DNA of 64,000 bases from a bacterium (GTDB lineage Bacteria; Vulcanimicrobiota; JABDET01), in contig JAJYZB010000003.1 in assembly GCA_021800275.1 (NCBI GenBank), positions 680-64,679 on the forward strand, in the 5' to 3' direction. The translations under genes were made by a program, and so were the position numbers. The notes under the pieces are model-generated. The model saw only the letters and a program-made list of their open reading frames with translations, had not been told where the DNA came from and did not search any database. This document shows, one piece after another, positions 8,379-19,864 of the stretch (within the stretch, counting starts at the first letter, position 1; the number at the start of each line of letters is the position of its first letter).

Positions 8379-9662
8379 TCAAAACTCCATTTTGTAAAAA
8401 ACAAGTCCTGACCAGAGTTTAGGATAAAAATCAGTGGATTTATGCGGCATTTTTTCTCCTGATTCAGCCACTTTTCTGACCTGATTCGGTTTTACAGGAT
8501 TCAAGAAAAAAGCGAGCTTATGGGGATCCTCTTTAATCTCTTTCAAAACATCTTGGGGCCATCTGATATAGTTAATCCATTCATCGCTTTTTTCAGGCTG
8601 GATCTGAAGAATACGGTTAAAAATCAAAGAGTGAAGAACAAAAACGTCCAGTTCAACTAGGACCGGAGGAATTTCAGGAAACTCTTTTTTCAAATCTACA
8701 GATGTTTTCAAATTCAAAACGAAAAAGTCATCCTTGTCTGCCAACCCAAAAGAAAAACTCTGTCTTTCAATTCCCTCCAGCGCCTCCTGCAAACTGTCAA
8801 CCTTTCTCATGTCAAAATAATCAGGAAGTCTTTCCTTCAGCAGTCTCCTCTGAATTTCATTGAGATTTTTTAAAACCCGATGCGTTGGGAGTATTTTCAG
8901 CCCTTTATTCTGCAAGCTGACAAAAGTACCCAGTCTAAAATTAAAAGGGGCTGAATCATCGCTCGAAGAGCAGAAAACAGACCGCATTTCCTGCTGGTAA
9001 AGCAGACTTGTCTCATAGCGATGATGCCCATCAGCAATCAATAAATTTTTATCTTTAAAAAAATCCACAACTTGATTCAAAACTTCAGTTTTTGACAGTT
9101 TAAAAATCGAATGGGATGTGTCTGATGGATCAGTACACAAAAAAAGCGGTTCTCCCGCGCACTTTTCTAAAAATTTTTCGAGATACCGATCTGGATCATC
9201 GTATAAGAAAAAAACATGCTCAAAGTTCGTTCTGCATGTTTTCATTAATTTAAATCTGTCCTCTTTAGGTTTAGGAAAGGTCTTTTCATGCGGAAAAACT
9301 CCTTTCCCGAAAGGTTCTAGTCTCATCAAGCCAACAAGTCCTGCTCTTTCAAACCACTGCCCATAAAGTTTAAACCTCTGACGATACAAATAAAAAGATG
9401 GCTCTTTATCCTGAACTAAAACTCCTTCCTGAATCCACTTTCTCATCATTTGATCAGCCCGGGTGTAGCGGTTTTCTTTTTCAGTGTCATCACTGAAAAC
9501 TTTCCCAAAGATCAAACGCACAAAATTATAGGGACTACTGGCACAAAAGTCGTCCTGCATCTGAAGCGATATTTGATCATAAGGAGGGGCAATAACTTTG
9601 CCCATATCTTTGATCTCTTTCGTATTATAATGATACCCCTGGAATGGAATTAAACTGACCAT
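8379..9662 (-). CDS. DUF1015 family protein (ParB/Srx-like fold)
   Basis: APPYDQI, PHEKT, IADGHHRYET, ILPTHR, MPHKSTDFYPKL. Confidence 0.88.
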   Translation of the reverse strand: MVSLIPFQGYHYNTKEIKDMGKVIAPPYDQISLQMQDDFCASSPYNFVRLIFGKVFSDDTEKENRYTRADQMMRKWIQEGVLVQDKEPSFYLYRQRFKLYGQWFERAGLVGLMRLEPFGKGVFPHEKTFPKPKEDRFKLMKTCRTNFEHVFFLYDDPDRYLEKFLEKCAGEPLFLCTDPSDTSHSIFKLSKTEVLNQVVDFFKDKNLLIADGHHRYETSLLYQQEMRSVFCSSSDDSAPFNFRLGTFVSLQNKGLKILPTHRVLKNLNEIQRRLLKERLPDYFDMRKVDSLQEALEGIERQSFSFGLADKDDFFVLNLKTSVDLKKEFPEIPPVLVELDVFVLHSLIFNRILQIQPEKSDEWINYIRWPQDVLKEIKEDPHKLAFFLNPVKPNQVRKVAESGEKMPHKSTDFYPKLWSGLVFYKMEF

Positions 9663-9836
9663 CCTCCAGAAATTTCTCAAAAAATAAAAGGTTCCTTCAA
9701 AAGGGGAAAAGGCTTCTTGGTTAGAATAAAAAGTAGTAAGAAATGATAAAGTAGCATTTCTTGTTACGAGAGGAAGACAGACACGGGGTGTCTGCTGATC
9801 CAGACCGTAATAAGCTTCAAAAGAACAGGAGCCGCC

Positions 9837-11069
9837 ATGGTCATGAGCTTAGAGGTTCAAAAATCTCAACAGGAAATCAGAACTCTATCCCAAGACTTGG
9901 CCACTAAATTTCTGCAAGTCGTTTACAAGAAGTTTGGATTTCATCTTAATTATTCAGAATCCTCTCTCTATATCAGCGATTATCTGCTAACCCTGTTTTT
10001 TAAAGAAAAACGTTCCTCTGATCTGGCTGCCAGCATTATTGGAAGTTATCTAGGAGAAGTCATCATCCAAAATCTAGGAGGAAAATGGGATCCTTCAAAT
10101 CTTTCCGTTGTAAAAATCGGCAGAATGAAAGGAACAGCTTATCCGTTTAAACAGGCTCGCCGAAGACTTGAGAAAGGATTTGGAGAATCTTTAATCCACT
10201 GGTATTCAAGATTAAAAATGCAATTTTGCCTGAATGGCGATTTTTCATGGAACGGGAACACAACAACTGATATTTATCGCTCTTTAATAGAACAGAATTG
10301 GGATCTCAAACTTTTAAATCGCCTCTTGAATGAATTAGAAAAACCTTATGTCAGGGAAGAAGCGGCATTCATTTTAAAAGAATTAAAAAGCCCCCGCACA
10401 GCTCCTGCTCTCACTGCTGGTTTACGCAAAAAACAAACTGCGTATTTCTGCTGCATAGCGCTCCAAGGAGTTCAAGCGCCTGAATCAACTCCTGTTCTGC
10501 AGAGTTTATGCGGCAGTGATGAAGATATTCCTTTACAGGTTCAAGCTGTCCAAGCACTGGGAAATCAGGGAAATGAAAAGATTGTCTCTTTTCTCCTCGA
10601 AAAGCTCTCTGAAAAGGACGAAGTCATTGGACATTACGCCTCCCAGGCTCTTGGAAAAATAGGAGGAGAAAAAGTTCTCACCTCCCTGCTTGAAATCATA
10701 CGAAATGGAAATAACAGAAAGAAAGTGCTTGCCATATCAGCTCTGGAATTGATAGGAAATACTGAATGCGTGCCTGATTTAATTCAATGCCTCCAAAGTA
10801 CTAATGAAGAAATACGCGCTGCTGCATCCCGCGCTTTTCAGTATATTCCTGACCTGAGAGCCTCTCGTTCTCTCCTTTCTCTCCTTTCAGATCCATCCAG
10901 TCAGATTCGAATTTTAGCAGCATACGCCTTAACTTTTATGGGTGAAAAGTCCGCTGTCGAATCTTTAAAAACCCTTTTGAAAGACTCAGTAAAAAACGTG
11001 CGGGATCATGCTTCTTACTTAATACCCCTTCTTGAAGCAGGAAAAAAACCCGCTGGATACTGCTGGTAA
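9837..11069 (+). CDS. HEAT-repeat protein with an N-terminal alpha/beta domain
   Basis: Repeated AxxALGxIG / VRxxAA units in the C-terminal half; N-terminal GSYLGEVIIQNLGGKW. Confidence 0.75.
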   Translation: MVMSLEVQKSQQEIRTLSQDLATKFLQVVYKKFGFHLNYSESSLYISDYLLTLFFKEKRSSDLAASIIGSYLGEVIIQNLGGKWDPSNLSVVKIGRMKGTAYPFKQARRRLEKGFGESLIHWYSRLKMQFCLNGDFSWNGNTTTDIYRSLIEQNWDLKLLNRLLNELEKPYVREEAAFILKELKSPRTAPALTAGLRKKQTAYFCCIALQGVQAPESTPVLQSLCGSDEDIPLQVQAVQALGNQGNEKIVSFLLEKLSEKDEVIGHYASQALGKIGGEKVLTSLLEIIRNGNNRKKVLAISALELIGNTECVPDLIQCLQSTNEEIRAAASRAFQYIPDLRASRSLLSLLSDPSSQIRILAAYALTFMGEKSAVESLKTLLKDSVKNVRDHASYLIPLLEAGKKPAGYCW

Positions 11070-11072
11070 CTG

Positions 11073-12035
11073 ATGCATATTGTCGTAACAGGAGCATCGG
11101 GTTTTATTGGATCCCATTTCTGCAAAAAACTAATTCAAGAAGGTCATCAGGTAACAGGAATTGACAATTTTTTAACTTCCTCACCTAAAAACATAGAAGA
11201 TCTTTTGGGTGAAAATTTTACTTTTATCAAATATGATGTAACCCAGTTTGTCCATGTTCCTGGCAGAGTGGATGGGATCGTCCATTTAGCCAGCCCTGCC
11301 AGCCCGGTGGATTATTTAAAACATCCAATTCATACTCTAAAAGTCGGCTCCCTGGGCACCTTTCACCTGCTCGGGTTAGCTAAAGAAAAAAAAGCGCGTT
11401 TTCTGCTTGCTTCCACCTCTGAAATTTATGGGGACCCTCTGGTTCATCCCCAAATAGAATCTTACTGGGGAAATGTGAACCCTGTTGGGGTAAGGGGAGT
11501 CTATGATGAAGCCAAAAGATTTGGAGAAGCCATGGCAATGGCTTATAAAAGAACCCATGGATTAGATATTAAGATCGTAAGGATTTTCAATACTTACGGA
11601 CCAAAGATGAGGATAAATGATGGAAGAGTCGTGACGAATTTCATCAATCAAGCGCTTCTGGGAGAAAATCTTACCATTTATGGAACAGGAAAACAAACTC
11701 GATCGTTCTGCTATGTCTCAGATTTAGTAAATGGTTTGTACAAACTTCTGCTGTCAGAGCACCAGGGCCCCATGAATCTGGGAAACCCAAACGAAATGAC
11801 TGTGATGGATCTTGCCAAAATAATCGTAAAATTGACTGAGAGCAGCAGTAAAACAGTTTTTCATCCTCTGCCAGAAGATGATCCAAAAGAAAGAAAACCC
11901 GATATTTCTTTAGCAAAATCTGTTTTAAACTGGGAGCCAGTCATTCCTTTAGAAGAAGGATTAACAAAGACCATTCCATGGATTAAAAATCAAATTCAAA
12001 ACCAGACAGATCCTCAAAAAGTTTCTGTCCAATAG
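11073..12035 (+). CDS. UDP-glucuronate decarboxylase family (SDR)
   Basis: [50 protein letters not shown]. Confidence 0.9.
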   Translation: MHIVVTGASGFIGSHFCKKLIQEGHQVTGIDNFLTSSPKNIEDLLGENFTFIKYDVTQFVHVPGRVDGIVHLASPASPVDYLKHPIHTLKVGSLGTFHLLGLAKEKKARFLLASTSEIYGDPLVHPQIESYWGNVNPVGVRGVYDEAKRFGEAMAMAYKRTHGLDIKIVRIFNTYGPKMRINDGRVVTNFINQALLGENLTIYGTGKQTRSFCYVSDLVNGLYKLLLSEHQGPMNLGNPNEMTVMDLAKIIVKLTESSSKTVFHPLPEDDPKERKPDISLAKSVLNWEPVIPLEEGLTKTIPWIKNQIQNQTDPQKVSVQ

Positions 12036-12036
12036 A

Positions 12037-12864
12037 GTGATTATCCCCTCTTCACCTGTTGAATTTCCCGTCGCAGAAATTTTAGGCGTTCCTGTCCATC
12101 AAGTAACCATGGAGCAGACGATCCATCTAATTGGGAATCTGGTTAATTCAAAAAAATCTCATTTAATCGTGACTCTTGGCACTGAAATGATCATGGCTGT
12201 CAGAAAAAAAAACGAGTTGAATGAAATCCTTCAAAGAGCTTCTCTAATTGTTCCTGACGGAGGAGGGATTATCTGGGCAGCTAAAAGATTAGGAAAACCG
12301 TTAATGAAAAAACTTGCTGGGATTGAACTGATTGAAAAAATCTGTTCAATTTCTGGAGAAAACAACTGGAATCTTTTTTTTCTAGGGGGAAGACCAGGCA
12401 TCTCTGAAAAAGCCATTCAAAAATTAAAACAAAAATTCCCCAGCATGAAAGCTGTTGGAGCTCACCATGGCTATTTTAATCAAAACGAAATCTCTTCTAT
12501 TTTAAAAAAACAAAAAATTGATATCCTTTTTGCAGGGATGGGTTTTCCGCTTCAAGAGAAATGGATCCTGGAAAATATCGAATCCTTCAAAATTCCAGTT
12601 GGAATAGGAGTTGGTGGAAGTTTAGACGTCCTGAGTGGGGTTTTAAAAAGAGCTCCTGAGTGGATGATCCGCAGTAATTTAGAATGGTTATACCGTCTTC
12701 TTCAAGAGCCCAGAAGATGGAAAAGGATGATGACCATTCCTGAGTTTATGCTTATTATTTCCTTCCTCTCTCTGACGGGTTCCAAGAAAGGACGCTCCAC
12801 TTTGAATGCAGAAAATCTTTCGGATACAGGTAGGACAGAGAGCAAACCTAAAAAAGGGGAATAA
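12037..12864 (+). CDS. WecB/TagA/CpsF glycosyltransferase
   Basis: PDGGG, HHGYF, GMGFPLQEKW, GVGGSLD, RAPEWM, LEWLYRL. Confidence 0.9.
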   Translation: MIIPSSPVEFPVAEILGVPVHQVTMEQTIHLIGNLVNSKKSHLIVTLGTEMIMAVRKKNELNEILQRASLIVPDGGGIIWAAKRLGKPLMKKLAGIELIEKICSISGENNWNLFFLGGRPGISEKAIQKLKQKFPSMKAVGAHHGYFNQNEISSILKKQKIDILFAGMGFPLQEKWILENIESFKIPVGIGVGGSLDVLSGVLKRAPEWMIRSNLEWLYRLLQEPRRWKRMMTIPEFMLIISFLSLTGSKKGRSTLNAENLSDTGRTESKPKKGE

Positions 12865-12871
12865 AATTCAA

Positions 12872-13843
12872 ATGAAAGCAATGATTCTGGCTGCAGGGGA
12901 AGGAACAAGGCTCAAACCTCTCACTTATCAACTTCCAAAACCACTTGTTCCAATTCTGAACAAACCCGTGATGGCTCACGTTTTGTCCTGGCTTTCAAAA
13001 AATGATATTCAAGAAATCGTTATTAACACCCATTACATGGCTGATCAAATAGAATCTTATTTTAAAGATGGAGCAAAATTCAACGTTAAGATCCAATATT
13101 CTAGAGAAGAAAAACTTCTTGGAACAGCAGGAGGGGTAAAAAAAGTTGAATCCTTATTTCAAGAAACCTTCCTTGTCATTGGAGCAGACGATTTATCTGA
13201 TGTCAACCTGAAACAATTGATAAAATCACACAAACTAACCCGAGCTGTCGCAAGCATCGGATTAAAAGAAGTCGAAAAAACCGAACATTACGGGATCGTT
13301 GTAACAGATCCCACAGGTAAAATCTTGCAGTTCCAAGAAAAGCCACAGACTGACAAAACAGCAAGCCGTACAGCGAACACAGGGATTTATGTTTTTGAAC
13401 CTGAAATTTTCAATTTTATTCCCGAAAATGAAGTGTTTGATTTTGGCCGCCAGGTATTCCCTCTTCTACTGAAAAAAAATGCCCCTTTTTATGGATTCCC
13501 TGTAGAAGGTTATTGGTGTGACATCGGGTCTCTTGAGGAGTATAAAAACAGCCACTGGAGCATTTTAAGCGGAGAATGTAAAATTGATCTGGATGCTCCT
13601 CAAATTTCACCGCGAATCTGGATCTCCGAAGGCGCAAAAATCCACCCTGAAGCAGTGCTGCGCCCCCCCTGCTATGTTGGAAAAGGAACAGTTGTCGAAA
13701 AAGGGGCTGTTCTAGATCAGTATGTGGTTGCAGGGGAAAATGCGAGGATCGGAGCAAAGAGCCATTTGAATCGGACAATCTTATGGGATGAAACCGTTAT
13801 CCCTCCCGAAAAAATTTTAGAAAATTCTGTCATTGCAGAATAA
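12872..13843 (+). CDS. NDP-sugar pyrophosphorylase (mannose-1-phosphate guanylyltransferase-like)
   Basis: MKAMILAAGEGTRLKPLT, LGTAGG, FQEKP, YWCDIG, C-terminal hexapeptide repeats. Confidence 0.88.
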   Translation: MKAMILAAGEGTRLKPLTYQLPKPLVPILNKPVMAHVLSWLSKNDIQEIVINTHYMADQIESYFKDGAKFNVKIQYSREEKLLGTAGGVKKVESLFQETFLVIGADDLSDVNLKQLIKSHKLTRAVASIGLKEVEKTEHYGIVVTDPTGKILQFQEKPQTDKTASRTANTGIYVFEPEIFNFIPENEVFDFGRQVFPLLLKKNAPFYGFPVEGYWCDIGSLEEYKNSHWSILSGECKIDLDAPQISPRIWISEGAKIHPEAVLRPPCYVGKGTVVEKGAVLDQYVVAGENARIGAKSHLNRTILWDETVIPPEKILENSVIAE

Positions 13844-13849
13844 AACCTG

Positions 13850-14791
13850 TCAAATATGTTCAAGTTTCCGCACAATGTGAAATCTTTCTCTCTGGTATCC
13901 CCATTTATCCATGTAAGTCTCATAACCAGGGGGAAGATTCACAACCAGATAACCTTGATTAGAGCGCTCGCAGATTTCTCTCATTTTTTCAAGAAGTCGC
14001 TGAACAAGACCTGTTTCCCAAACAGATTTCTCAAGAGAAATATCCAGAACAACACCTTGTATCTCGCCAGTTGAGGCTTCTGCTTGGTTTAAAGCCAGGA
14101 CCGCATAACAAAATTCTTCTTTTCTCGCAGCGGTTAAAATGCCAACTCTATGAAGATTCAAAAGCTGCCTTAATTCATAAACCCACTGATTCTTTAAATT
14201 TAAAATTTCATTTTGAGAATAATGCATCCATTCAGGAAATCTCAAGGGATAATTTTTCTCCAAAGGGCGTATCACCTGTTCCAAATTTTCAGTTGCCTGA
14301 TAACTGACTCTTTCTAAATTAAAAACGCCAGATTCCTCTGAGGCAAACGGTTCTTTTGAGGATTTTACCCACTGATATCCTGCCGTTTTAAACTTAGCAA
14401 AACGAAGCGCTGTTTTAAGGCTTCTACTGTTGGTGACAGTCACAGATGCGCCAAGCCACTGATAATCTACAGGTACATTTCTGCAGGCTTCATCTAAAAG
14501 AGAAGCCCAATAAAATCCCCCTCTGTATTTTTCCAGGATTCCAATTTCGATTAGAAAGGCTTGAAAAATTAAGAAAATCGGGTTTCGATCTCTTAATTCC
14601 ACAATACAGTAACCTGCAAATTCTTCTTTCTCCGCTTCCCACAAAGAAAAAGAAAAAAAAGAAGGATCAAACTGTAAAATTTTTTCCAACTGTTCAACAG
14701 CATGATGGATGGTGGATTGAAATTCGGCGTCTGAAACTGAGCGAGTTGCAGGCCTGGAAAAGGCTTGAAATTCCTCTATCATGGGTTTCAA
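13850..14791 (-). CDS. Hypothetical protein, possibly a degenerate tandem GNAT fold
   Basis: 313 aa ORF directly downstream of gyrA; two weak GNAT-like halves (GILEKYRGG; WETGLVQRLL...YMDKWGY). Confidence 0.5.
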   Translation of the reverse strand: MKPMIEEFQAFSRPATRSVSDAEFQSTIHHAVEQLEKILQFDPSFFSFSLWEAEKEEFAGYCIVELRDRNPIFLIFQAFLIEIGILEKYRGGFYWASLLDEACRNVPVDYQWLGASVTVTNSRSLKTALRFAKFKTAGYQWVKSSKEPFASEESGVFNLERVSYQATENLEQVIRPLEKNYPLRFPEWMHYSQNEILNLKNQWVYELRQLLNLHRVGILTAARKEEFCYAVLALNQAEASTGEIQGVVLDISLEKSVWETGLVQRLLEKMREICERSNQGYLVVNLPPGYETYMDKWGYQRERFHIVRKLEHI

Positions 14792-14832
14792 AAAAACCCA
14801 ATCTTTTTTCTCTGTCCTTCGAACTTCGAGTC

Positions 14833-17307
14833 TTATTCTTCTTCCTCGTCTTCTTCTAGATGAGCAAGAGCTGTCACTTCATCCTCTTCATCCAGACGAA
14901 TAATTCGAACCCCCTGGGTATCCCTTCCAATTCGTGAAATTCCATTCACTAATATTCGAATGAGTTGTCCATTTTTAGTAATGACCATCACTTCATCGTC
15001 TTCATTCACGGCTTCTACTCCAATAACAAAGCCTGTTTTGTCATTCACCTTGATGTTTTTTACCCCGACTCCTCCGCGTCCTTGAACTCGATACAGCTCC
15101 AAATCGGACCTTTTTCCATAACCATTGGAAGTCACAACCAGAACCTCTTTTTTCCCTCTTAAACTATCCATTGCAACCACGCCATCATCACTTCTCAATC
15201 GAACACCTCGCACCCCTTGGGTTCGGCGGCCCGTTGGGCGAACCAGCTTTTCATCAAAACGAATAGCAAGCCCATCTCTGGTCCCCAGCAGCACTTCCTC
15301 TTCCCCATCAGTCAACTGTACCCCAATTAAACTGTCCTCTTCATCCAGCTTAATTCCCATCAACCCTGTTCTAAAAATATTCGTATATTCGGTAATGGAA
15401 GTTTTTTTCACCTGCCCATTTTTTGTCGCCATAAAAAGATAATGTTCTGTGTCAAAAGACTTTACAGGAAAAACTGAAGCAATCTTTTCTTCCTTTGGAA
15501 TTTCAAGCAAATTGACAATAGCTGTTCCTTTTGCCTGCCTTCCTGCCTCTGGAAGTTCATGCACTTTTAACCTGAAAACTCTCCCTGTTCCAGTGAAAAT
15601 CATTAAATAATCATGGGTATCAGCCACAAACATGTGTTCAATAAAGTCTTCTGTTTTTAAGCCAACTCCTTGAACTCCTTTTCCACCTCTCCTCTGACTT
15701 CTGTAAGTATCCAGAGGAATTCGCTTAATATAGCCTGAATGAGACACAGTAACTACCATGTCCTCATGGGGGAGCAGATCCTCTACCTGAAAGTCAACTG
15801 GGGTTTCATCAATAATTTGAGTTTTCCGAGAGTCCCCGAACTTCTCTTTCAATTCTAAAATCTCTTTTTTTATGACGGCTAGAATCTCGGTTGAGCTGCT
15901 TAAAATTTTCTCCAAATTCTTAATGATGATTAAAAGCTCTTTATGCTCTTCTTGAATCTTCTTTCTCTCCAAACCAGTTAATCTCTGGAGCCTCATATCT
16001 AAAATCCCAGCCGCCTGGGCTTCTGATAGTTTGAAGCGGTTCGTTAGCTTTTCCCGGGCTTCTTGCGGATCGTTGGAATTTCTAATCAAAGCGATGACTT
16101 CATCTAGATGATCTAGAGCTATCAAGAGACCTTCTAACAAATGAGCTCTTTCTTTCGCCTTTTTTAACTCAAACTGGGTCCTTCGATAAACGACTTGATA
16201 GCGGTGTTTCAAATATTCTGAAATAATCTCTTTCAACGTTAAAATTCGAGGCACTCCATCTACTAACGCCAACATGATGACCCCAAAATTAGCCTGCAGA
16301 TCCGTATGTTTAAACAGTTGGTTTAAAACAATTTGAGGAATTGCGTCAGTTCTAAGCTCAATGACAATTCTCATCCCGTGCCGATCCGATTCATCCCGAA
16401 TGTCGCTGATTCCGTTAATCTTTTTATCTCTCACCAGTTCAGCGATCGTTTCAATCAATCGGGCTTTATTGACTTGATAAGGGATTTCAGTAATCACAAT
16501 TGACTCGTGTCTCCCTTTTTTCTGTTCAAAATCGGTTTTAGCCCTCATGGTGATAGAACCTCTGCCAGTCAAAAGTGCCTGACGGATCCCTTCTCTTCCC
16601 ATAATGAGCCCGGCTGTTGGAAAATCAGGTCCAGGAATATATTTTAATAGCTCCTCCCCTTCAATATCAAGTTGAAAACGAATCTCTAATCCTGCGCCTG
16701 AAATTTTAGTTTTGTCAATCGCTGCGCAAATTCCATCCACCACTTCTCCGAGGTTATGAGGAGGCATGTTGGTAGCCATTCCAACCGCGATGCCAGAGGA
16801 ACCATTAATCAGCAAATTGGGTAATTTTGCGGGAAGAATAACCGGCTCTTCATGATTGTTGTCAAAGTTTGGTCTAAAATCAACGGTTTCTTTATCCAAA
16901 TCTTCCAATAAAGTCATTGCAATTTTAGAAAGTCGCGCTTCAGTATAACGATATGCGGCGGGTGGATCCCCATCAACAGAACCAAAATTTCCATGGCCTT
17001 CCACAAGAGGATATCGCATGGAAAAATTCTGAGCCATGCGAACCAGAGCATCATAAACCGCCATGTCTCCATGAGGATGATACTTGCCGATCACATCTCC
17101 TACAACAGTCGCGCTCTTTTTAAAAGGCTTATCAGGGGTTAACCCTAAATTGTCCATGGAGTAAAGAATGCGGCGGTGAACTGGTTTTAATCCATCTCTC
17201 ACATCTGGCAGAGCCCTGGAAACAATAACACTCATGGCGTAATCCAGGTAAGATACTTTCATTTCATCTGAAATACGAATAGGAAGAATCGTTTGAGCAA
17301 TCGTCAT
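14833..17307 (-). CDS. gyrA: DNA gyrase subunit A
   Basis: [32 protein letters not shown], GyrA-box QRRGGKG, acidic tail. Confidence 0.98.
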   Translation of the reverse strand: MTIAQTILPIRISDEMKVSYLDYAMSVIVSRALPDVRDGLKPVHRRILYSMDNLGLTPDKPFKKSATVVGDVIGKYHPHGDMAVYDALVRMAQNFSMRYPLVEGHGNFGSVDGDPPAAYRYTEARLSKIAMTLLEDLDKETVDFRPNFDNNHEEPVILPAKLPNLLINGSSGIAVGMATNMPPHNLGEVVDGICAAIDKTKISGAGLEIRFQLDIEGEELLKYIPGPDFPTAGLIMGREGIRQALLTGRGSITMRAKTDFEQKKGRHESIVITEIPYQVNKARLIETIAELVRDKKINGISDIRDESDRHGMRIVIELRTDAIPQIVLNQLFKHTDLQANFGVIMLALVDGVPRILTLKEIISEYLKHRYQVVYRRTQFELKKAKERAHLLEGLLIALDHLDEVIALIRNSNDPQEAREKLTNRFKLSEAQAAGILDMRLQRLTGLERKKIQEEHKELLIIIKNLEKILSSSTEILAVIKKEILELKEKFGDSRKTQIIDETPVDFQVEDLLPHEDMVVTVSHSGYIKRIPLDTYRSQRRGGKGVQGVGLKTEDFIEHMFVADTHDYLMIFTGTGRVFRLKVHELPEAGRQAKGTAIVNLLEIPKEEKIASVFPVKSFDTEHYLFMATKNGQVKKTSITEYTNIFRTGLMGIKLDEEDSLIGVQLTDGEEEVLLGTRDGLAIRFDEKLVRPTGRRTQGVRGVRLRSDDGVVAMDSLRGKKEVLVVTSNGYGKRSDLELYRVQGRGGVGVKNIKVNDKTGFVIGVEAVNEDDEVMVITKNGQLIRILVNGISRIGRDTQGVRIIRLDEEDEVTALAHLEEDEEEE

Positions 17308-17322
17308 TGGAAAAACTCCTCG

Positions 17323-18558
17323 CTAAATTTTTACAACTTCTTTTCTCCCATAATGGGAATTGATGTAGTCATTCAAAATTTTAATGAACTCTTGTACAAT
17401 GCCGTTTCCTTTTAAGGTAGTGTATAGTTTGCCATCCATAAAAACAGGAGCTTTAGGTTCTTCCCCTGTTCCAGGCAGAGAAATTCCAATATGCGCATGT
17501 TTAGATTCTCCTGGACCATTCACAACGCAGCCCATGACAGCGACTTTCATTTCTTCAATCCCATGATACTCTTTTTTCCAAATCGGCATCTGGGCTTTAA
17601 GGTACTCCTGGATTTCATGCGCCATCTCTTGAAAAAAGGTGCTGGTTGTCCTCCCGCAGCCTGGACAGGCGCTGACTTGCGGATTAAAAGCGCGAATTTC
17701 TAAAGACTGCAAAATCTGCTGTCCAACTCTAACCTCTTCTGAGCGATCCCCTCCTGGAGCAGGAGTCAAACTAATCCGAATGGTATCCCCTATCCCTTCC
17801 TGCAGCAAAATCGCCAGGGCTGCTGTACTGGCAACAATTCCTTTTGTTCCCATTCCCGCCTCTGTTAAACCAAGGTGAAGAGGGTAATCGCACCTTCGTG
17901 ATAGAGATCTATAAGCATCCACTAAATCCTGAACCCCTGACAACTTTGCGCTTAAAGTAATGCGATTATGGGGAAGGCCATGTTTTTCAGCCAGATCCGC
18001 TGATCTAACAGCAGATTCAACCATGGCATCAAGAGTCACTTCCCTAGCTTCTTTAGGTTTCAAAGCTCGAGCATTTTCATCCATGAGCTGAGTCAGCAGC
18101 TCATGGTCAAGCGAACCCCAGTTCACCCCAATTCTAACAGGTTTTTCATATCGAACTGCAAGCTCGACAATTTTTAAAAAATTTTCGTCTCTTCTTTTTC
18201 CCGTACCGACATTACCCGGATTGATTCGATATTTATCCAGCAATTTCGCTGTTTCAGGGTATTCACTTAAGAGAATGTGCCCATTGTAATGGAAATCCCC
18301 AATAATAGGGACTGAATACCCCATGTCTCTCACCCTTTTTACCATTGCAGGGACGACTTGAGCGGCTTCTTTCGTGTTAACTGTAACTCGAACCAATTCC
18401 GAGCCGGCTTTTGCCAGAGCAGCAACTTGTTTGGCTGTTGCCTCTAGATCAGCAGTATCTGTATTGGTCATCGCCTGAACCCGAATTGGATTGTCTGCGC
18501 CAATCCCGATTTCCCCAATCCTAACTTCAACCGTTTTCTTTCTTTTAATACAAGCCAT
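17323..18558 (-). CDS. ispG: (E)-4-hydroxy-3-methylbut-2-enyl-diphosphate synthase
   Basis: [49 protein letters not shown]. Confidence 0.97.
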   Translation of the reverse strand: MACIKRKKTVEVRIGEIGIGADNPIRVQAMTNTDTADLEATAKQVAALAKAGSELVRVTVNTKEAAQVVPAMVKRVRDMGYSVPIIGDFHYNGHILLSEYPETAKLLDKYRINPGNVGTGKRRDENFLKIVELAVRYEKPVRIGVNWGSLDHELLTQLMDENARALKPKEAREVTLDAMVESAVRSADLAEKHGLPHNRITLSAKLSGVQDLVDAYRSLSRRCDYPLHLGLTEAGMGTKGIVASTAALAILLQEGIGDTIRISLTPAPGGDRSEEVRVGQQILQSLEIRAFNPQVSACPGCGRTTSTFFQEMAHEIQEYLKAQMPIWKKEYHGIEEMKVAVMGCVVNGPGESKHAHIGISLPGTGEEPKAPVFMDGKLYTTLKGNGIVQEFIKILNDYINSHYGRKEVVKI

Positions 18559-18682
18559 TTTATAAGAATAATTCGCTATTTTCCGATTTTCCCCCTTTTG
18601 TTCATAAGACGTTCCCAGACGAACAGCCGTTCCATGAACATCGAATCCTGCTTTAGAATTACTTTCATTAGACTATGTTCGC

Positions 18683-19864
18683 TTATAAAGTTAAAAATCG
18701 CTCGTCTGGATCGAAAAGTCGTTTGTGTTCATTCAGGGCAAAGTGATCGGTCATTCCAACGATATAATCGCACACGACTCTTTTTAAAGATGAAGAACCA
18801 ATCCTTTTTTGAATGTGGGGAGGGAGCTGCTCAGGCACGTCAACATAAGTATTGAACAGATCATGCACAATTCTCTTTCCCTTTTCATTCATCTGAATGA
18901 CTTTATAATGACGATACAACTTCTCTTTCAAAAACAACCTCAATTCTTCATGCATTTTTCCCATTTCTTCCGAAAATTGAACCAAAGAAGTTTTCGCGTT
19001 CCGCACATCCTCAAGGGTTTTAATTTTCAATCTTTCCAGGTTTTCCGCAGTGGTTTGAATCAAATCGCCCATTTCAGCATTGATCATGGTTTTGATAGTT
19101 TCATGGATCAAGCTGCGAATGTGTCCATCTGTAAAATCATCTTTTACTTGACGGCAGCAGCGATTCCAGAGAGATACTTCCTTTAAATCCCCCAATTCAA
19201 TCATTCTGGATCTCAAGGCATCATCCAGGTCATGATTGGAATATGCAATTTCATCACTTTTATCTACGACAAGGGTTTCAAGAGTTGGAGCTTTCTCGAT
19301 TTCGTATTCTTGAATTTCTACGCAAAACGGAAGAAGTGTATGTTTAACAATTCCTTCACGAACTTCAAAGGTTAAATTTAAGCCTGGAAATTGGGGATAT
19401 CTATCTTCTAAAACTTCAACAATTCGCAGTCCCTGCAGATTGTGGTTAAACCCACCCTCCTCTTTCAACAGGTGATTCATCACCTGTTCTCCTGAGTGAC
19501 CAAACGGTGGGTGTCCAATATCATGAGCCAATGCTAGAACTTCACATAAATCTTCATTCAGCTTTAAAACACGAGCTGCGGTTCGAGCAATCTGGGCTGT
19601 TTCAAGGGAGTGGGTCAATCGTGTTCTATAATAGTCCCCTTCATGATAAATAAAAACTTGCGTTTTATATTCCAGCCTTCTGAATGCAGAGGAATGAATA
19701 ATTCGGTCTCGATCTCTCTGGAAAGCTGTGCGGTAAGAATGTTCTTTTTCAGAATACTTCCTTCCACGGCTTCTGCTGGAAAACACAGAGTATCCGGCCA
19801 GGATCTTGTTTTCATGGTCCTCCAATTCTTCGCGAAAAGCTAAACCCAACTCAGCAGGTTTCAT
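18683..19864 (-). CDS. dgt: Deoxyguanosinetriphosphate triphosphohydrolase (HD family)
   Basis: FQRDRDRIIHS, FRRLEYKTQV, RTRLTHSLE, HDIGHPPFGHSGE, GMTD. Confidence 0.95.
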   Translation of the reverse strand: MKPAELGLAFREELEDHENKILAGYSVFSSRSRGRKYSEKEHSYRTAFQRDRDRIIHSSAFRRLEYKTQVFIYHEGDYYRTRLTHSLETAQIARTAARVLKLNEDLCEVLALAHDIGHPPFGHSGEQVMNHLLKEEGGFNHNLQGLRIVEVLEDRYPQFPGLNLTFEVREGIVKHTLLPFCVEIQEYEIEKAPTLETLVVDKSDEIAYSNHDLDDALRSRMIELGDLKEVSLWNRCCRQVKDDFTDGHIRSLIHETIKTMINAEMGDLIQTTAENLERLKIKTLEDVRNAKTSLVQFSEEMGKMHEELRLFLKEKLYRHYKVIQMNEKGKRIVHDLFNTYVDVPEQLPPHIQKRIGSSSLKRVVCDYIVGMTDHFALNEHKRLFDPDERFLTL

